NCBI RefSeq assembly: GCF_009834535.1
Contig: NC_045696.1
Span: 84,880,001 to 84,944,000, forward strand
From: Camelus ferus
Taxonomy: Eukaryota
DNA length: 64,000 nucleotides
Direction: 5' to 3'
In this document: positions 26,892 to 38,758 of the stretch, one piece after another
Numbering within the stretch: position 1 is the first letter of the stretch
Layout of the letters: every line of letters starts with the position of its first letter
Notes under the pieces: model-generated
What the model was told of the DNA's origin: nothing
The model's database searches: none
Seen by the model: only the letters and a program-made list of their open reading frames with translations
Made by a program: the position numbers and the translations under genes

Positions 26892-27596
26892 TCTCACAAG
26901 TCATAATTGCTTTTCAGCTTTAATCCACTCATCTTTTCCCTGCTTTGTGACACTTGACTCTGCATTTTTCCTTGGCCAACTGGTGCACTGTAAGGCTTTG
27001 TCAGTAAAGGGTGCTGGAGGGCCACTGCAAGGCCATAAGAGGAATGAGTTTCTCTTATTAGTCCAAGAAGTATTCTTCCTTGCTCCTCCAACACAGCTAC
27101 CAGTGGCTTGAGGGAAGTCTAGGGACACTCTCTCCATCCTCTGGACCAACTCCTGCCTGCAGGCACCCCAGTGAATGTCTCAGTCACACAGCCCTGTATC
27201 ATATGGACCAGCTTTGTCTTACCCTCATCCTTTTACAGATCCTGGAGTCCCACAGCAGCCTGCTCCCATAAACCAGTTTGAGCACCCACCTTCTGGCAAA
27301 TTTCTTCACCATTGGCAAGTTGCTTGTATATTCTCTCCAATGAGGTCTGACTCTCAGCCTGGGGTTGAGGTGGAGAGTAGTGAGGGGGTGCATTTTTCCA
27401 AATTTCTTCCTTCTTTGGGTGCTCTCCCTCAGCCCTTGAGGTAATAGCTACTTTTTCTGTTTGCCATTTCTTTGTACTTTTAAATTCTCTTTCTCCTCTT
27501 CTAGCCACATTCAAGAGTTAGCATTTTCTTTTGAATGTCCCCTGTTCAAATTAACCAGTATGGTTTCTGTCCCCTGACTAGCTTCTGATGAATACA
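26892..27596 (+). mobile_element. ERVL solo LTR (LTR41-like)
   Basis: Starts 'tctcacaagtcataattgcttttcagct', contains 'ctttgtcagtaaagggtgctggaggg', ends 'tccctgttcaaatt...tggtttctgtcccctgact...gaataca'. Confidence 0.7.
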
Positions 27597-29063
27597 CTCT
27601 TCTTTTTGCCTGGTTTCTTCTTCCTCCTTTAATGCTCACATCATTAAACAATATACACCTGAAAATCTCTCCCAGACCTGAAGTCCCTCTGTGTCTGTCT
27701 GTCAGCCTCAAGCAAAGTTAGTTATTCTTCTTTGTTCACTTTGTCATACATTTGTAATGCTTGTCAAAGTGTGCTGAAATTATCTCTATACACAATCCCT
27801 TCCCCATTCCATGTGAAGCTCCTAAACAATATAACCATGTCTTCTTTATCTTTGTTCCTCCAAAGTCTGACATGATAGACATCTAATAGATACTACTGCA
27901 TGAAGAAAAACATGAAAAAAAATACACTAAAGAATAGCCATCCCTGCAGGGATGTCATTTTGATCAAAAAGGGACTTCAGAGCCAGCTTTGGATGCTTTG
28001 GAGTTTTAATGCAACGTCCACAGTATTTTAGTGGCATTTTATAACATCTTACGTCTTTTTCTCCTGTGCTATATCATGTACTTTAGGAAATATTTTGAGA
28101 CTCTTACTTGATAAAGTTGAGATTTTATTTAAGAAGTTATTCTACTCTTAGCCATATTCTAGTTTTTTTTTATGGAAATGAGTAGATTGTAGAAGACTGG
28201 AACTTGCCATTTTTATTTTTTTCCAGTTACAGGAAATGATTAGGATTCAATGTATGTGAATAATATGAATTGTTATTTCCAGACCTGAAATATATAGCCA
28301 AATCTGTTCTTTCCTCCTCAGACTCATTCAGCAAATTTAAATCAGTCTATTAATCTTTGAGCATCTTTTGACTACCCACTATTAACATGTCAAAGCTATA
28401 CCAGCCAACTTGAATTCAGTGAAAACCAGAAAGATCCAGCTGTTGTGATTAAATTAGTTGGTTGAAGTTTCATACCAATGGGAATCAGTGGAGACTAAAC
28501 TGAAGTCATAATACCCCCTCTTCATGACCTCTGTCTCTGTCACCCGTGAAAACTTTATATTCTAACTAAATCTATATAGAGACTCTGAGGCAAAGTTCAG
28601 AGAATGGAATTGTCCACATCACTGTCATTGCCATGGCAATTTTTCGGCTTCTGCTCCCCCCTACACACCAAAAAAAAAAGAAAAGAAAAAGAAAAAGATG
28701 TAGCACAGAGGAAATGCAATATTTCCACATGACCCTAAGAAACCCCAGAAAGTCTCCTAAAGGCAAAGTAACCTACCCTGCTGTCCTAATTATTAAGGAA
28801 CTATAAGCACCAGTTAGGCTATTCTATTGAGTTATAAAAGGTTGAGATTATAAGGTGTGAAAAAATGTGGACGGGATATGATTTACAAAATGTTTTCTGA
28901 AGCTTTAGTTCAGAGAGTAAGTAAAAGGTTGAGCTGGCTGTTTTCTTTTTAACTTGAGTATTTTGATCTGTTTTTAGCTCATAAATCAGGTTATGGAATT
29001 TAAAAAAAAAAACTCTATCCAGATTGAGAAATTAGCCCAAAATGTCTTCAAGACATTAGAAGA

Positions 29064-29083
29064 TTTTTTTTTTTTTTTTTTTT
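29064..29083. repeat. Poly(T)20
   Basis: Mononucleotide run seen directly. Confidence 0.9.
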
Positions 29084-30033
29084 ACACACGGTAAGATCTA
29101 ACATGTGTCATAATAAGGATGAAGCGTGAGAAAAGCAGTGGCTCATAACTTAGGCCAAAATTCATCTTCCCTAACACCTCAGAGTTTGTGATTGGTTTTG
29201 AACCCCTGATAGCAATGCATTTATTTATAGAAAATCCTGACTACTCACCTCTCAAGGATTAGACTCTTTTAAAAAGGCTTCTAACCAGAAGATTTAGGAA
29301 TTATATAGTCCTGCACTTCAGGTCACCCTGATTCTGCAAAGTCCTGAAAGTGTGATTTCTCATTATAACTTCATCTTTGAGGGCAAAAGAACTATAACAC
29401 TATGTCTTACTGTCTATTGGACACTTTATGGTAGCAGGTTTTCTGAATTCCTAAAAATGCTGGAGAAAAAAATATGTAAAAGGTTTATTTTCCTTCTTTC
29501 TTACTATGTCTGTGGGCCATATTTTACCCTTTTATCATCTCTCATCTAATTAACTCTGCATAGTTTAGTACTCTTTTGAATTAGGAAAATATTTTGGTCA
29601 ACTTTGCATATCTTTGAAACACTAAATACATATTCTTAAACATAATTCACCATTAAGCTTTATATTAATAAAGCAATGAATTAGAGTTAATATTTTAGAT
29701 GATGTGGGAAGAATTCAAAGTGATTTTTTAAGAATGGTCTTAAAGTATCAGAATTAATCAATAGCTTTAAAATGTAAGACAGCCCTAATTTTTTTTAATA
29801 CATAGCATTGTAGAATAGAAACAGCATAAATGTATAATTATTCTTCTACTGACAACTCTCAAAAGGGAAAGGGAGAATTAGGGCACTGTTGTAATGCACG
29901 TTCTCAATTAAGTATCTGTTATATCAGTTAAGAGGAGAAAAACTTGTGCCATTCCTTTGGAAACCTTAAATAAATTTATTTCTACTTTCTCTGTCTTCCC
30001 TACGCCACCCCAAGGTAGTATCTGTGAGCTTCT

Positions 30034-30571
30034 TGCGGCAGGTAGAAAAACAGCAACCCAAAGATGTTCACATTTGAATCCCTTTGATCTGTGAAGAATA
30101 TGTTATATCAAATGACAAAAAGGGAGTAAAGTTGCAGATGGAATTAGAGTTGCTAATCAGACGACCTTAAAATGAGGAAATTATCCTGGATTATCCAAGT
30201 GAACCCATTGTAATTACAAGGGTCATTAAAATTGGGGGGTGTGGGAGGCGGGGAACGGCAGAATAGAATCAGATGGTGATGTGACTATGGAACAATGATC
30301 AGAATGCAACTTTGCTGGGTTTGAAGATGGAGAAAGGGGGCCCAGGGCAAAGCAAGGAATGTGGTTGACCATTGGAAGCTGGAAAAAGCAAGGAAATGGC
30401 TCTTCTTCCTAGAACCTCCAGTTAGGGGTGCAGCTCTGCCAACACCTTGAATTTAGCCATTTGAGACCTACATCAGATTTCTAACTTACAGAATTTTAAG
30501 ATAATAAATTTATATTGTTTTAAATTTACTAGGTTTATAATAATTTTTACAGCAGCAATAGAAACTAATAA
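30034..30571 (+). mobile_element. MaLR solo LTR (MLT1D-like) with 5-bp TSD CTTCT
   Basis: 'ttatcctggattatcc...ttgaagatggag...gaagctggaaaaagcaaggaaa...acagcagcaatagaaactaata'; CTTCT at 30029-30033 and 30572-30576. Confidence 0.88.
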
Positions 30572-30961
30572 CTTCTCAAAGTGAATTTTTGCATCCTTTG
30601 CTTCTTTTCATGATAATAACTAACCCAGCACCTAGCATGTTCCATAAACACCACTGTTAGTAGATCCTTCCTTTATACACTACAATTATAATTCTTTAAA
30701 CCAACAAATCTTTATTGAACCTATTTGTCATGTAAGAAACTCTATTAGATTCCGGGGACATGATGACATCAACCAGACGTAAAGCCTTATAGCAGCAGGG
30801 CTCAGTGGGTATAGGCTACCATGAAAATAAAGAGATTTAAACCTTTAGTATCTCATGTTTTGATGTTAAAAGTTAAAATAGAAAGTTTAGAAAATTTTTT
30901 AATTTTGTCATATTATAATAAATGCTGGTATATATTAAAGAGCGCTCATCTAGATATTTAC

Positions 30962-31976
30962 TGTAATGGACAGTTACTGGTTTTGCCTTCTCTGTTAGTT
31001 CACTAGGGGTGCTAAACAAAGTACAACCAACTAGATGGCTTAAACAGCAGAAATATATTCCCTCACAGTCATGGAAGCTAGAAGTCCAAGATCAAGTTGT
31101 AAGCAAAGTTGGTTCCTTTGAAAGGTATGAAAGATAATCTGTTCTGTACCTCTTGCTTAGCTTCTGGTAGTTTTCTGGGAATCTTTGTCGCTCCTTGGCT
31201 TGGCTTGTGGAAGAATCTTACCACTCTCTGAGTTTATCTTCACATGGCACTCTCCTTGTGTGAATATCTCTGTGTCCAAATGTCCTCTCTTTATAAGGAT
31301 TTCAGTCACACTGGATTAATGCCTAAGCTAATGATATCATCTTAACTTTGTATCTGCAATGATCCTGTTTCTAAATAAGGTCATATTCTGAGGACTTCAG
31401 CACATGAATTTTTGGAGGGACAAAATTCGACCTGTAACACCTTCCCACAATCTGTTTTTCCCAGTTATAGCAACATTAGCTCTCTTTGTATTTAGGGACC
31501 CATTTTAGATGCTTGAGTCTGAATGAATGTTACCATCCTTCATAGAAATGGGTATGTGTTTAGGCCAGACTAATCAGCGCTGCATCCCCAGCTGCAGTGA
31601 CTCTTCTGGAGGCCAGAATGTGGCCACACGAAGCTAACGAGCACCATCTCTTGAAGTTTTACTCAAAGTATGGGGAAAGAGACAAGCTTATGTGTTTTGA
31701 TGTATTAGAATAAAATCTTGGAAGAGCTCTTGACCAGTCCCTTTATTTTACTATATGAACACAGGTTGGTTAATAATGAAGCAACACAGAGAACATCAGA
31801 GCACTGAGAGAGAGAAGCAGCATCCTGACACATTTAAGTACTTGTCTCTATCTCTGTATCTGAAGGCTTCCCCTTGAACCCTCCATTTTATAAATAAAAA
31901 AATTCCCGCTTCTTATTTAAACAAGTTTGATTTGGATTTCTGAAGTCTGAAACTAAAAAGTTCTCTGCCTAAAATA
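30962..31976 (+). mobile_element. Old MaLR LTR (MLT1K/L-like) split by a younger MLT1C-like LTR
   Basis: Starts 'tgtaatggacag' and resumes at 31440 ('ggccagactaatcagc...tttaaacaagtttgatttggatttctg...aactaaaaag'). Confidence 0.55.
30991..31439 (-). mobile_element. MaLR solo LTR (MLT1C-like) with 5-bp TSD CCTTC
   Basis: 'tggcttaaacagcagaaat...gctagaagtccaagatcaag...tcttcacatggc...aaataaggtcatattctgagg...cctgtaaca'; CCTTC at 30986-30990 and 31440-31444. Confidence 0.88.
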
Positions 31977-32768
31977 GTTTCCTGAATGACACAAAAACAC
32001 AAAGACTTAAATAGATATTACAGATAGATATCTACTCAACAGTGAAACCTTAATGACATAATTGAATAAACAAATATCATTTGGTGTGTTCTTACGTAAA
32101 CATCCTTTATACTTTTGATGTTTAGTCTAATAATCCATTTTCAAATAAAAATAAAAATATAATTACATTTCTAAATAAAATGGAGGACACTTGGAAGTAC
32201 TTTAATGTACTGTATTTTATTTATCAGTTATTTTCCTTGATTATTGCTATGTTAGGCTATATAGAATTTCATTCTTAGGACAAAATACAAGGGAAACCAT
32301 TGACAATTAAAATGAACATGTAAATGGAGTAAAAATTTTAAACATTTTATTCCAGAAAACAATAACTTTAATACTCCTAATATGTACATTTTGAATAAAT
32401 AATGCTATAATTTTATGTAGTCATTAATTGAGTTTTATGCACTTAACGAATAATGGAAATTTGATTGTTTCCTTGAGGAGCTCAAAGATATGCTACTCCA
32501 CTCAAGGCAGAGAAGAAAAAACTACACTCACTCCCCTGAAGGTGTCATTCTCTGAGGATCTATTTTCTCTCTTAAGTCCCTACTGAATACAAATTGTAAA
32601 ATTGGCCATTGGAATGCTTTATTTTTTCAGTAGATCTATTTTATCACTTTTCTCCATAGAATTTATTTGCATTTAACAAAGCCTTATTAATATCTGTCAA
32701 AAATACGTATTTTTACATTGTTGAAAAATTTTAAGCATTATTTGATTGGACTCTTTACTCTGTGAAAG

Positions 32769-33650
32769 TGTTAGCAGATAGCAGGACCCCTAAATTAGGA
32801 GGCCCACCAACATGTGGGTTCTTGCGAACTATGAAAGTATTCACACAGCAGAGGCATAGTGACGAAGTGAACAGCTGCTTTATTTCTCAGAAGGGGAAAA
32901 GGAAGGAAAGTGCTCAGGCAAGGAGGAGGGAAGAAAAAGCTCTAGCAGGGGAAAATGCGCTCGAGTAGGGAGCCATCAGCCAAGATGGCCGTGGGAACAG
33001 CTCTGGCCTGGGTCGGGCCATGTGGACTTTTCTACCATCATGTCCTGCTACCAGGTACGATGGAGCCAGTCAGTCCTTCTTTGAGTTCTTTAGTCCTTGT
33101 GTGGACTTTTCTGGTTTCATCATGGCAACCATCAACTGTCATAGCGCTGGTGGGTGTGTCACTTAGCATGCTGGTACACTACAGTGAGCATATAATGAGG
33201 CTCAATGTCCACTGGAAGTCAAATCCTCTACCATCTTGGACTGGGTGGGTTCTAAGCAGTTCTTGTTTCTTCTCAGCAACTTCCTCCTGATACTTAGAGA
33301 AGAGTAATTGGTTTCTGTTTGAGAGAGGGGCAACAGCCGTGGTAACAAAAAGGAAAGTTGCTGTTAAGCAGAATGCCTGCAATCTAGTGAACTCAGCATC
33401 CCGCCCCCCAAAAAACAAAACATCCCCAAAGATTCTGTTCAATGAAAGTTTAATAGAGAAATGAAGATATAAGCTCAGTTAATCCTTGAGATAGGTGGTC
33501 AGACTTGTTGCCACCCCCTAGTGCCCGCAGGCTTGCCCTAGTCAACTGCTTGAGCCTGCTCTGTGAGTCAGCGAGGCCTGGAAGGCCTTATCATAAACAA
33601 GATGCAGGGTTTTGGAGGGGGTGAGCAGCACAGGATCCTGCTCCCTTTCA
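32769..33650 (-). mobile_element. ERV1-class solo LTR, 882 bp, with TG...CA ends and 4-bp TSD AAAG
   Basis: Starts TG at 32769 and ends CA at 33650; AAAG at 32765-32768 and 33651-33654; minus-strand AATAAA at 32879-32884; MER4/LTR8-group-like core 'catggcaacc...aactgtcatagcgctggtgggtgtgtc...tagcatgct'. Confidence 0.85.
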
Positions 33651-35439
33651 AAAGGATTCTTAATGTTATATATGTCTAAATTCCAAGTTTCCCCAATAAA
33701 TTGGAAATAATTTATTTTCAAATCATTTTTATGCACAGCAATTGACCACTTACTATGTAAATATTATTTCTTTTTTCACTACTATTTATACAGTTTGATA
33801 AGGAAACCCATTATATTATGTGATTTTATTATAATCATTAAAATGTATTTACCTGTGTATTTTCCTCTACACAAAACATGAAAAAATCCAGAGATGACTC
33901 TTTTAAAACTTACAATTTTGATCAAATGGGATCCATTAGTAGGTACAAACTAAGCACTTGATCCAAGGAAAATGCTGCTCATTGGCTTTACTTCAAGATT
34001 GAAAAACAGAATAAAATTGAAGGCAAAAATCTAATTCCTTTTATCTATGGGTGAGATATAATGCTTATGCTATAAATACAATCCCATGGGCTAGTTAGGT
34101 CATATCTAATATTTGGGAGGAAGTAATGGTATTTCACAGAGTCCTGCTGCCGACATCCTCGGGCTTGATGATATTTACTCATTTAAGTTTAAGGTAATTC
34201 AAAGAAATTCCAACTTAATACCGGCCCTTTGATATTCTGCCATCTCAGCCCAGTGGGGTTATCCTTTTTTTTTCATATTTGAATTCATCTGTGCCTACAT
34301 GTCTCTTGATAACCTGCTGTCATTGAAACCTGTCTGCTTAAATGAGATAAGCTGGAGAGAATTGATACGCCAGCCTTCAAATAGAGCCTAGAGATGCAGG
34401 AAAGTAAAGCTTTCAGAGACTCACCTATTTACTCCCAGGAGAGACATCAAACTCTTCTGAACCTCTGTGAAATACAGTGAATGGTTTTCTGATCTGTACT
34501 ACCTGCCTACAAGTAATAGAGCACAGATCACATTGGTCAAATTCATCTGTTCAAAGTCTTAAAATTCTACTGAATGAAGCTACAAAGGGGGAAAAGCAGG
34601 TGATTTGTTCACACAGTCATCAGGATCTGAGAGACTGATTTTTATCAGCCCTCTTATCCTCAGCAATCTCCTTGAGGGAGAAAGAAAAGGAAGGCAGAGC
34701 TTCCTAGAGGAGCTATAAAGCTGAATCTGGGGTATATTTATGGTTATCATTTGCACAGATCACTTGGTGCTCTAACACCATGCTCTTGATCACAGCGTAA
34801 ATCAGACTTTAATTTTAACCTTTGCAGTTCATCAATAGATTCAATATCAGAAATAATTCAGGGCTGACACTATTGGTTTACAGGTAAGTGTAACAAGAAT
34901 GGGAGGGCTTAGTGATGTATTAGTTGCCTTGTCAAGTGAGGCATAAAGATTCATGACTCTTATGTTTCCATCACAAACTCAGAGCTATAAATAATGCAAG
35001 CAGCTAATCAGGCATAGAAAAGATGTATAGCATCATTGAAAATCCGTTATTTGTACTGTTCAAGCTTTTAAAAATGTATTCCATGTAAAGTAATCCAGTG
35101 TCATAATTCATAAAGGATCTGTGGTATCTCACAACCCATATTCAGTATTCATTTTAAAAGTTTTATTAGTTCCATAGTATGGCATTATTTCTTAAACAGT
35201 AACGATCTTTTGTAGACAGAGTAATTTAGCTTAAAGTTATATGATTCACACATAACATGAATTGCTAAGATTTAAAGTGAATTCCAAAGTAATACTTTGT
35301 TAAGTACTTTTCTTTTTTCATAGTTAGAAGTCTGCAAAATAATTTTCAACAGATAAAAAATAACATAGAAGCAAATGCAAACTTAAGAGATTGAAAATTA
35401 TGTAGAGGAGAGGGTTGAGCATTTTTTTCTCTGAACCTG

Positions 35440-35537
35440 TTTTAGGATAGATGTTATGTAACAGAGTATCACAAAGTGGCTTAAACAACAGAAATTCACA
35501 GTTTTGGAGGCTGGAAATCCCAGATCAAGGTATTAGG
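35440..35537 (-). mobile_element. MaLR (MLT1) LTR 3' fragment
   Basis: 'gtggcttaaacaacagaaattcacagttttggaggctggaaatcccagatcaagg'. Confidence 0.75.
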
Positions 35538-37431
35538 CCTATTCTTGCCTTATTATTTACAAACTGTCTCAGACACTGTAGGTCAGAGCTTTTCCTTGCT
35601 TTTTCTGTAAATTCCTCCCCAAGGAAAAGCTGAACTTGCCCTAAACTCAAGTCTAATAGATGAGATACTATTACCTGCTGGCCTGAATTGATAAATTTCT
35701 TGGCTCCTAATTTTTCAATCTTTGGGTTCTCCCCTTCTCCTAGAAAACCCTCCTTTGATTAGAGCCCTATTTTTACCTATAGCCTGCTTCAACAAAAGTG
35801 TCAGTTTCCATATCCTTTAATCTACAACTGAACTGATCTCCTGGCAAAACATCCATCTGAAAATCTTCTCCAGGTATCTGTGCACCTGGAAATAGTTCTT
35901 GGGTCCAGTTCTGGGTTTTCCCAGTTTTCACTGTCCACTGGAACTTTACATGGCCAAGCCTGGTCACATTCCAAGAAAGAGTCCACCAAAAGTTAACTTT
36001 GAAAGTATACCTAAAATACCCTAGTTTTGCAAATTAAAAAAAATTGTGAATACCTTACTATAACTATCTCCTAAAAAATCAGGTTCAACTGAAGGAACTT
36101 GAAGCCTAAACTTCACTTGTATCATAGGAAACTTGCCATTGAAATAAATCTGCATTTGTTATTTCATTCTATTGTTGATACTATTTATTTTGGGAGGAAA
36201 GCACTTTGGAAAAGAGTGAGTTTAATAATCATGCACTAAGTATATTTTTCTCAAGAAATTTAATAATGAAAGTATAATTAATTATAATGGTATTAATAGC
36301 CATGTGAAAACCAAAAGACATGAATCTGTTTAAGAAGAATCACCACAAACTTCAAAATTAATAGCACTTTAAAGGAGAATGTATGGGAAGCTGATGATTT
36401 AACACAGATAGCTGCAGGAAATATCTTGACATAGCACCCTGTGAAACATGATTTTCCACTTAGATCAAAGGATGCTCTACTAAGTACATTTTACTCATTT
36501 TCTATTTCGTGGTCTTTGTGCTTTTACAAAAAGTGAAGCCAAAACTGTGAGGTGTTGGCTCTATTAGAAGAAAGGCTTTGAAAACACTTAAAGTAGAGGC
36601 CATGTCTTCTGCTTCCAATGGAAAATCAATTTATTCTAATAATGTTTTCTTCATTTCCTACAATTCATGTAATCAGAATAAAGCTTTAGAAGTTGATTTG
36701 GTCAAAGATGAAACATCTGATATTGTTATTAACGCTACTGAAAATTCATCTTAAAATTTGGAATAGACAAAAATACAAATTTTAATGGAATAATGCTCAA
36801 GATAATGTTTTTATGTTATGAAACTCAATATAACATAGAATGTATATGGAATTGGTTGTGGTACATTAATCATTTGCTAATGTATTTAATAAAGACATAA
36901 TAGCCAATCAAAATAGGAACTATAATTTTCAAAATTTTAAAGTATGTTTAATGTAGACAAATAGAGTATTGTAACAACAAAAAATTTTGCAACACATTAA
37001 ATACTGAATTTTTTAAAATGTATTTTAGGAGGTTAGTATTCTTCTGGTCTTTTTGCTACCTGTCATCAAGACTTTACAAATATTTGAGGTTTTTGATAAG
37101 CTATTTTTAATAAATGTAAGTTTATGATAACATTGGATATTTTCATAAATTTGATAGCAATTTATTAAAACTATGTGAAATTTTTGAAACAAGTTATTCA
37201 ATTTATGGAACTTAAAAAACTTCATATTTTGTAGTTTCTAGTGAAATGTAATTTTTGGAAACAAAGTTTGCAAATGAGAAGACCGTGAAATTTATCTCTA
37301 TAAAGCAGAGTGAAACTAACCAAATTAAAAGGTGATAGATTGTAGACAAGGTTTAATTTTGAAAATCTATCATTAAACTTTGGAATTTCTCAATATATTG
37401 AAAGAATCTTGATGGATTACCACTTTTTATA

Positions 37432-37641
37432 CATGGTTCTCAAACATAGGTGATTTTGTTCCGCAGGGAACATTTAGCTGCGGCTTGGAGGTGTTTTTGA
37501 TGCTACAGCCTGGATTGTGTTACTGCCATCTAGTGTGTAAAGGCTGAGTACATGGCTAGACATCCTATAGTGTACTTAAAAGGCCCTCAAAAATAATTAA
37601 TTATTCCGAAATATCAATTATACTGAAGTTGAGAAACTCTG
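37432..37641 (+). mobile_element. MER20 (hAT-Charlie MITE), full length
   Basis: 'catggttctcaa...gattttgttccgcagggaacattt...ccatctagtgtgta...catcctatagtg...gttgagaaactctg'; flanks tttttata/tttttatt give a 7/8 TSD match. Confidence 0.85.
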
Positions 37642-38461
37642 TTTTTATTGGATAAATGTATCATCTATACCAGAATTGAGTGAAATTAAGCACTAATATT
37701 TTGAACCATCTAGTGAATATTCAAAAGAATCATACAAAAAGACAGATTGTTTGACAAATGTTATCCTATTAAAATATTTGTCAAAGACAGGTTTTCCAAT
37801 GGAAGGATAAAGCTGAGTAGCTCCAAAAATACATAAACTGAAAAGTTTACACGTTAATATATAAAAATTAGAATTGATAATTATCTCCATTTGTGCAGTA
37901 TGCTCTTTGAGCCTCAGAATACGTGTCAGATAATTTCATTAGGAAGAACACCTAGTCTTAGAATGAGAGTCGTGGAGGATGGACATACTTAGTGCTCACT
38001 TTCCCCGTAGCCGGAGCGTTCCCTGGAGGAAAGTAGTCCCCTAAAGCCGATGTATTGTCCCAAATACCTTGGAGTTCTGTCGAACGGGATTTTCTCCATT
38101 TTATGACTGCTCATGATTGTGCCTGTTTGACTCTCCCATTGTTAAGTTTCTGAAAAGCTAAGGTATAAGTTAGTGTTTCTAAATTCTGGCTTATTTCAGT
38201 TTATGACTCAGCATTTCTGCATCTGCAGCTGCGGAAGTGAATTAAATAACTAAAAGCTGATTCCATTTTATTACTGGCCATCTTACTCCATGACTATATA
38301 AGAAAACACTTACGATACTGGCATGCTTATTCTACTGAAAGATCTCTCCACTATAAACTTGTTTTAAAATCTTCCCCTCAATATACCATTAGCATTCTTC
38401 AAAATAACTCATTCAAAGTTCATTTGTATCATTTACATGTATCTTTATTGAACCATTTGAC

Positions 38462-38758
38462 CTGCACTGTCCAGCACAGTAACCACTAGCTCCTTGTGGC
38501 TTTTGAACACTTGAAATGTGGGTAGCCCAAATTGAGATGTACTGTTAATTAGAAAACTCATACCAGTTTTCCAACACTAAGAATGAAAAAAGAAATATAA
38601 AATAGCTCAGTAAATTCTTGCATTGATTACTTTCTGAAATATTTGACATATAGTAATATAAATTATAAAATTAATTTATTTTACTTTTTTAAAGTTACCA
38701 CTAGGAAGTTTAAAATTACCTATGTGACTTTTAATATATTTTTAATTGAACAGTGATA
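38462..38758 (-). mobile_element. MER33 (hAT-Charlie MITE)
   Basis: 'ctgcactgtccagcacagtaaccactagc...tgaacacttgaaatgtgg...aattgagatgtactgt...ttgaacagtg'. Confidence 0.8.

Noticed and set aside
26872..27711. Dense cluster of overlapping ORFs on both strands
   Set aside because: They lie mostly within a GC-richer LTR41-like element, where stop codons are rarer.
27939..27954. 16-bp perfect palindrome CATCCCTGCAGGGATG
   Set aside because: About one palindrome with 8-bp arms is expected by chance in 64 kb.
29055..29295. Poly(T)20 with a possible 9-bp flanking repeat (AGAAGATTT) suggesting a retrocopy
   Set aside because: The match is short and AT-rich, its second copy lies in a MER5-like remnant, and the enclosed sequence has no recognisable source.
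32762..33736. Hydrophobic 111-aa ORF and neighbouring ORFs
   Set aside because: They lie within or overlap a solo LTR and show no gag, pol or env motifs.
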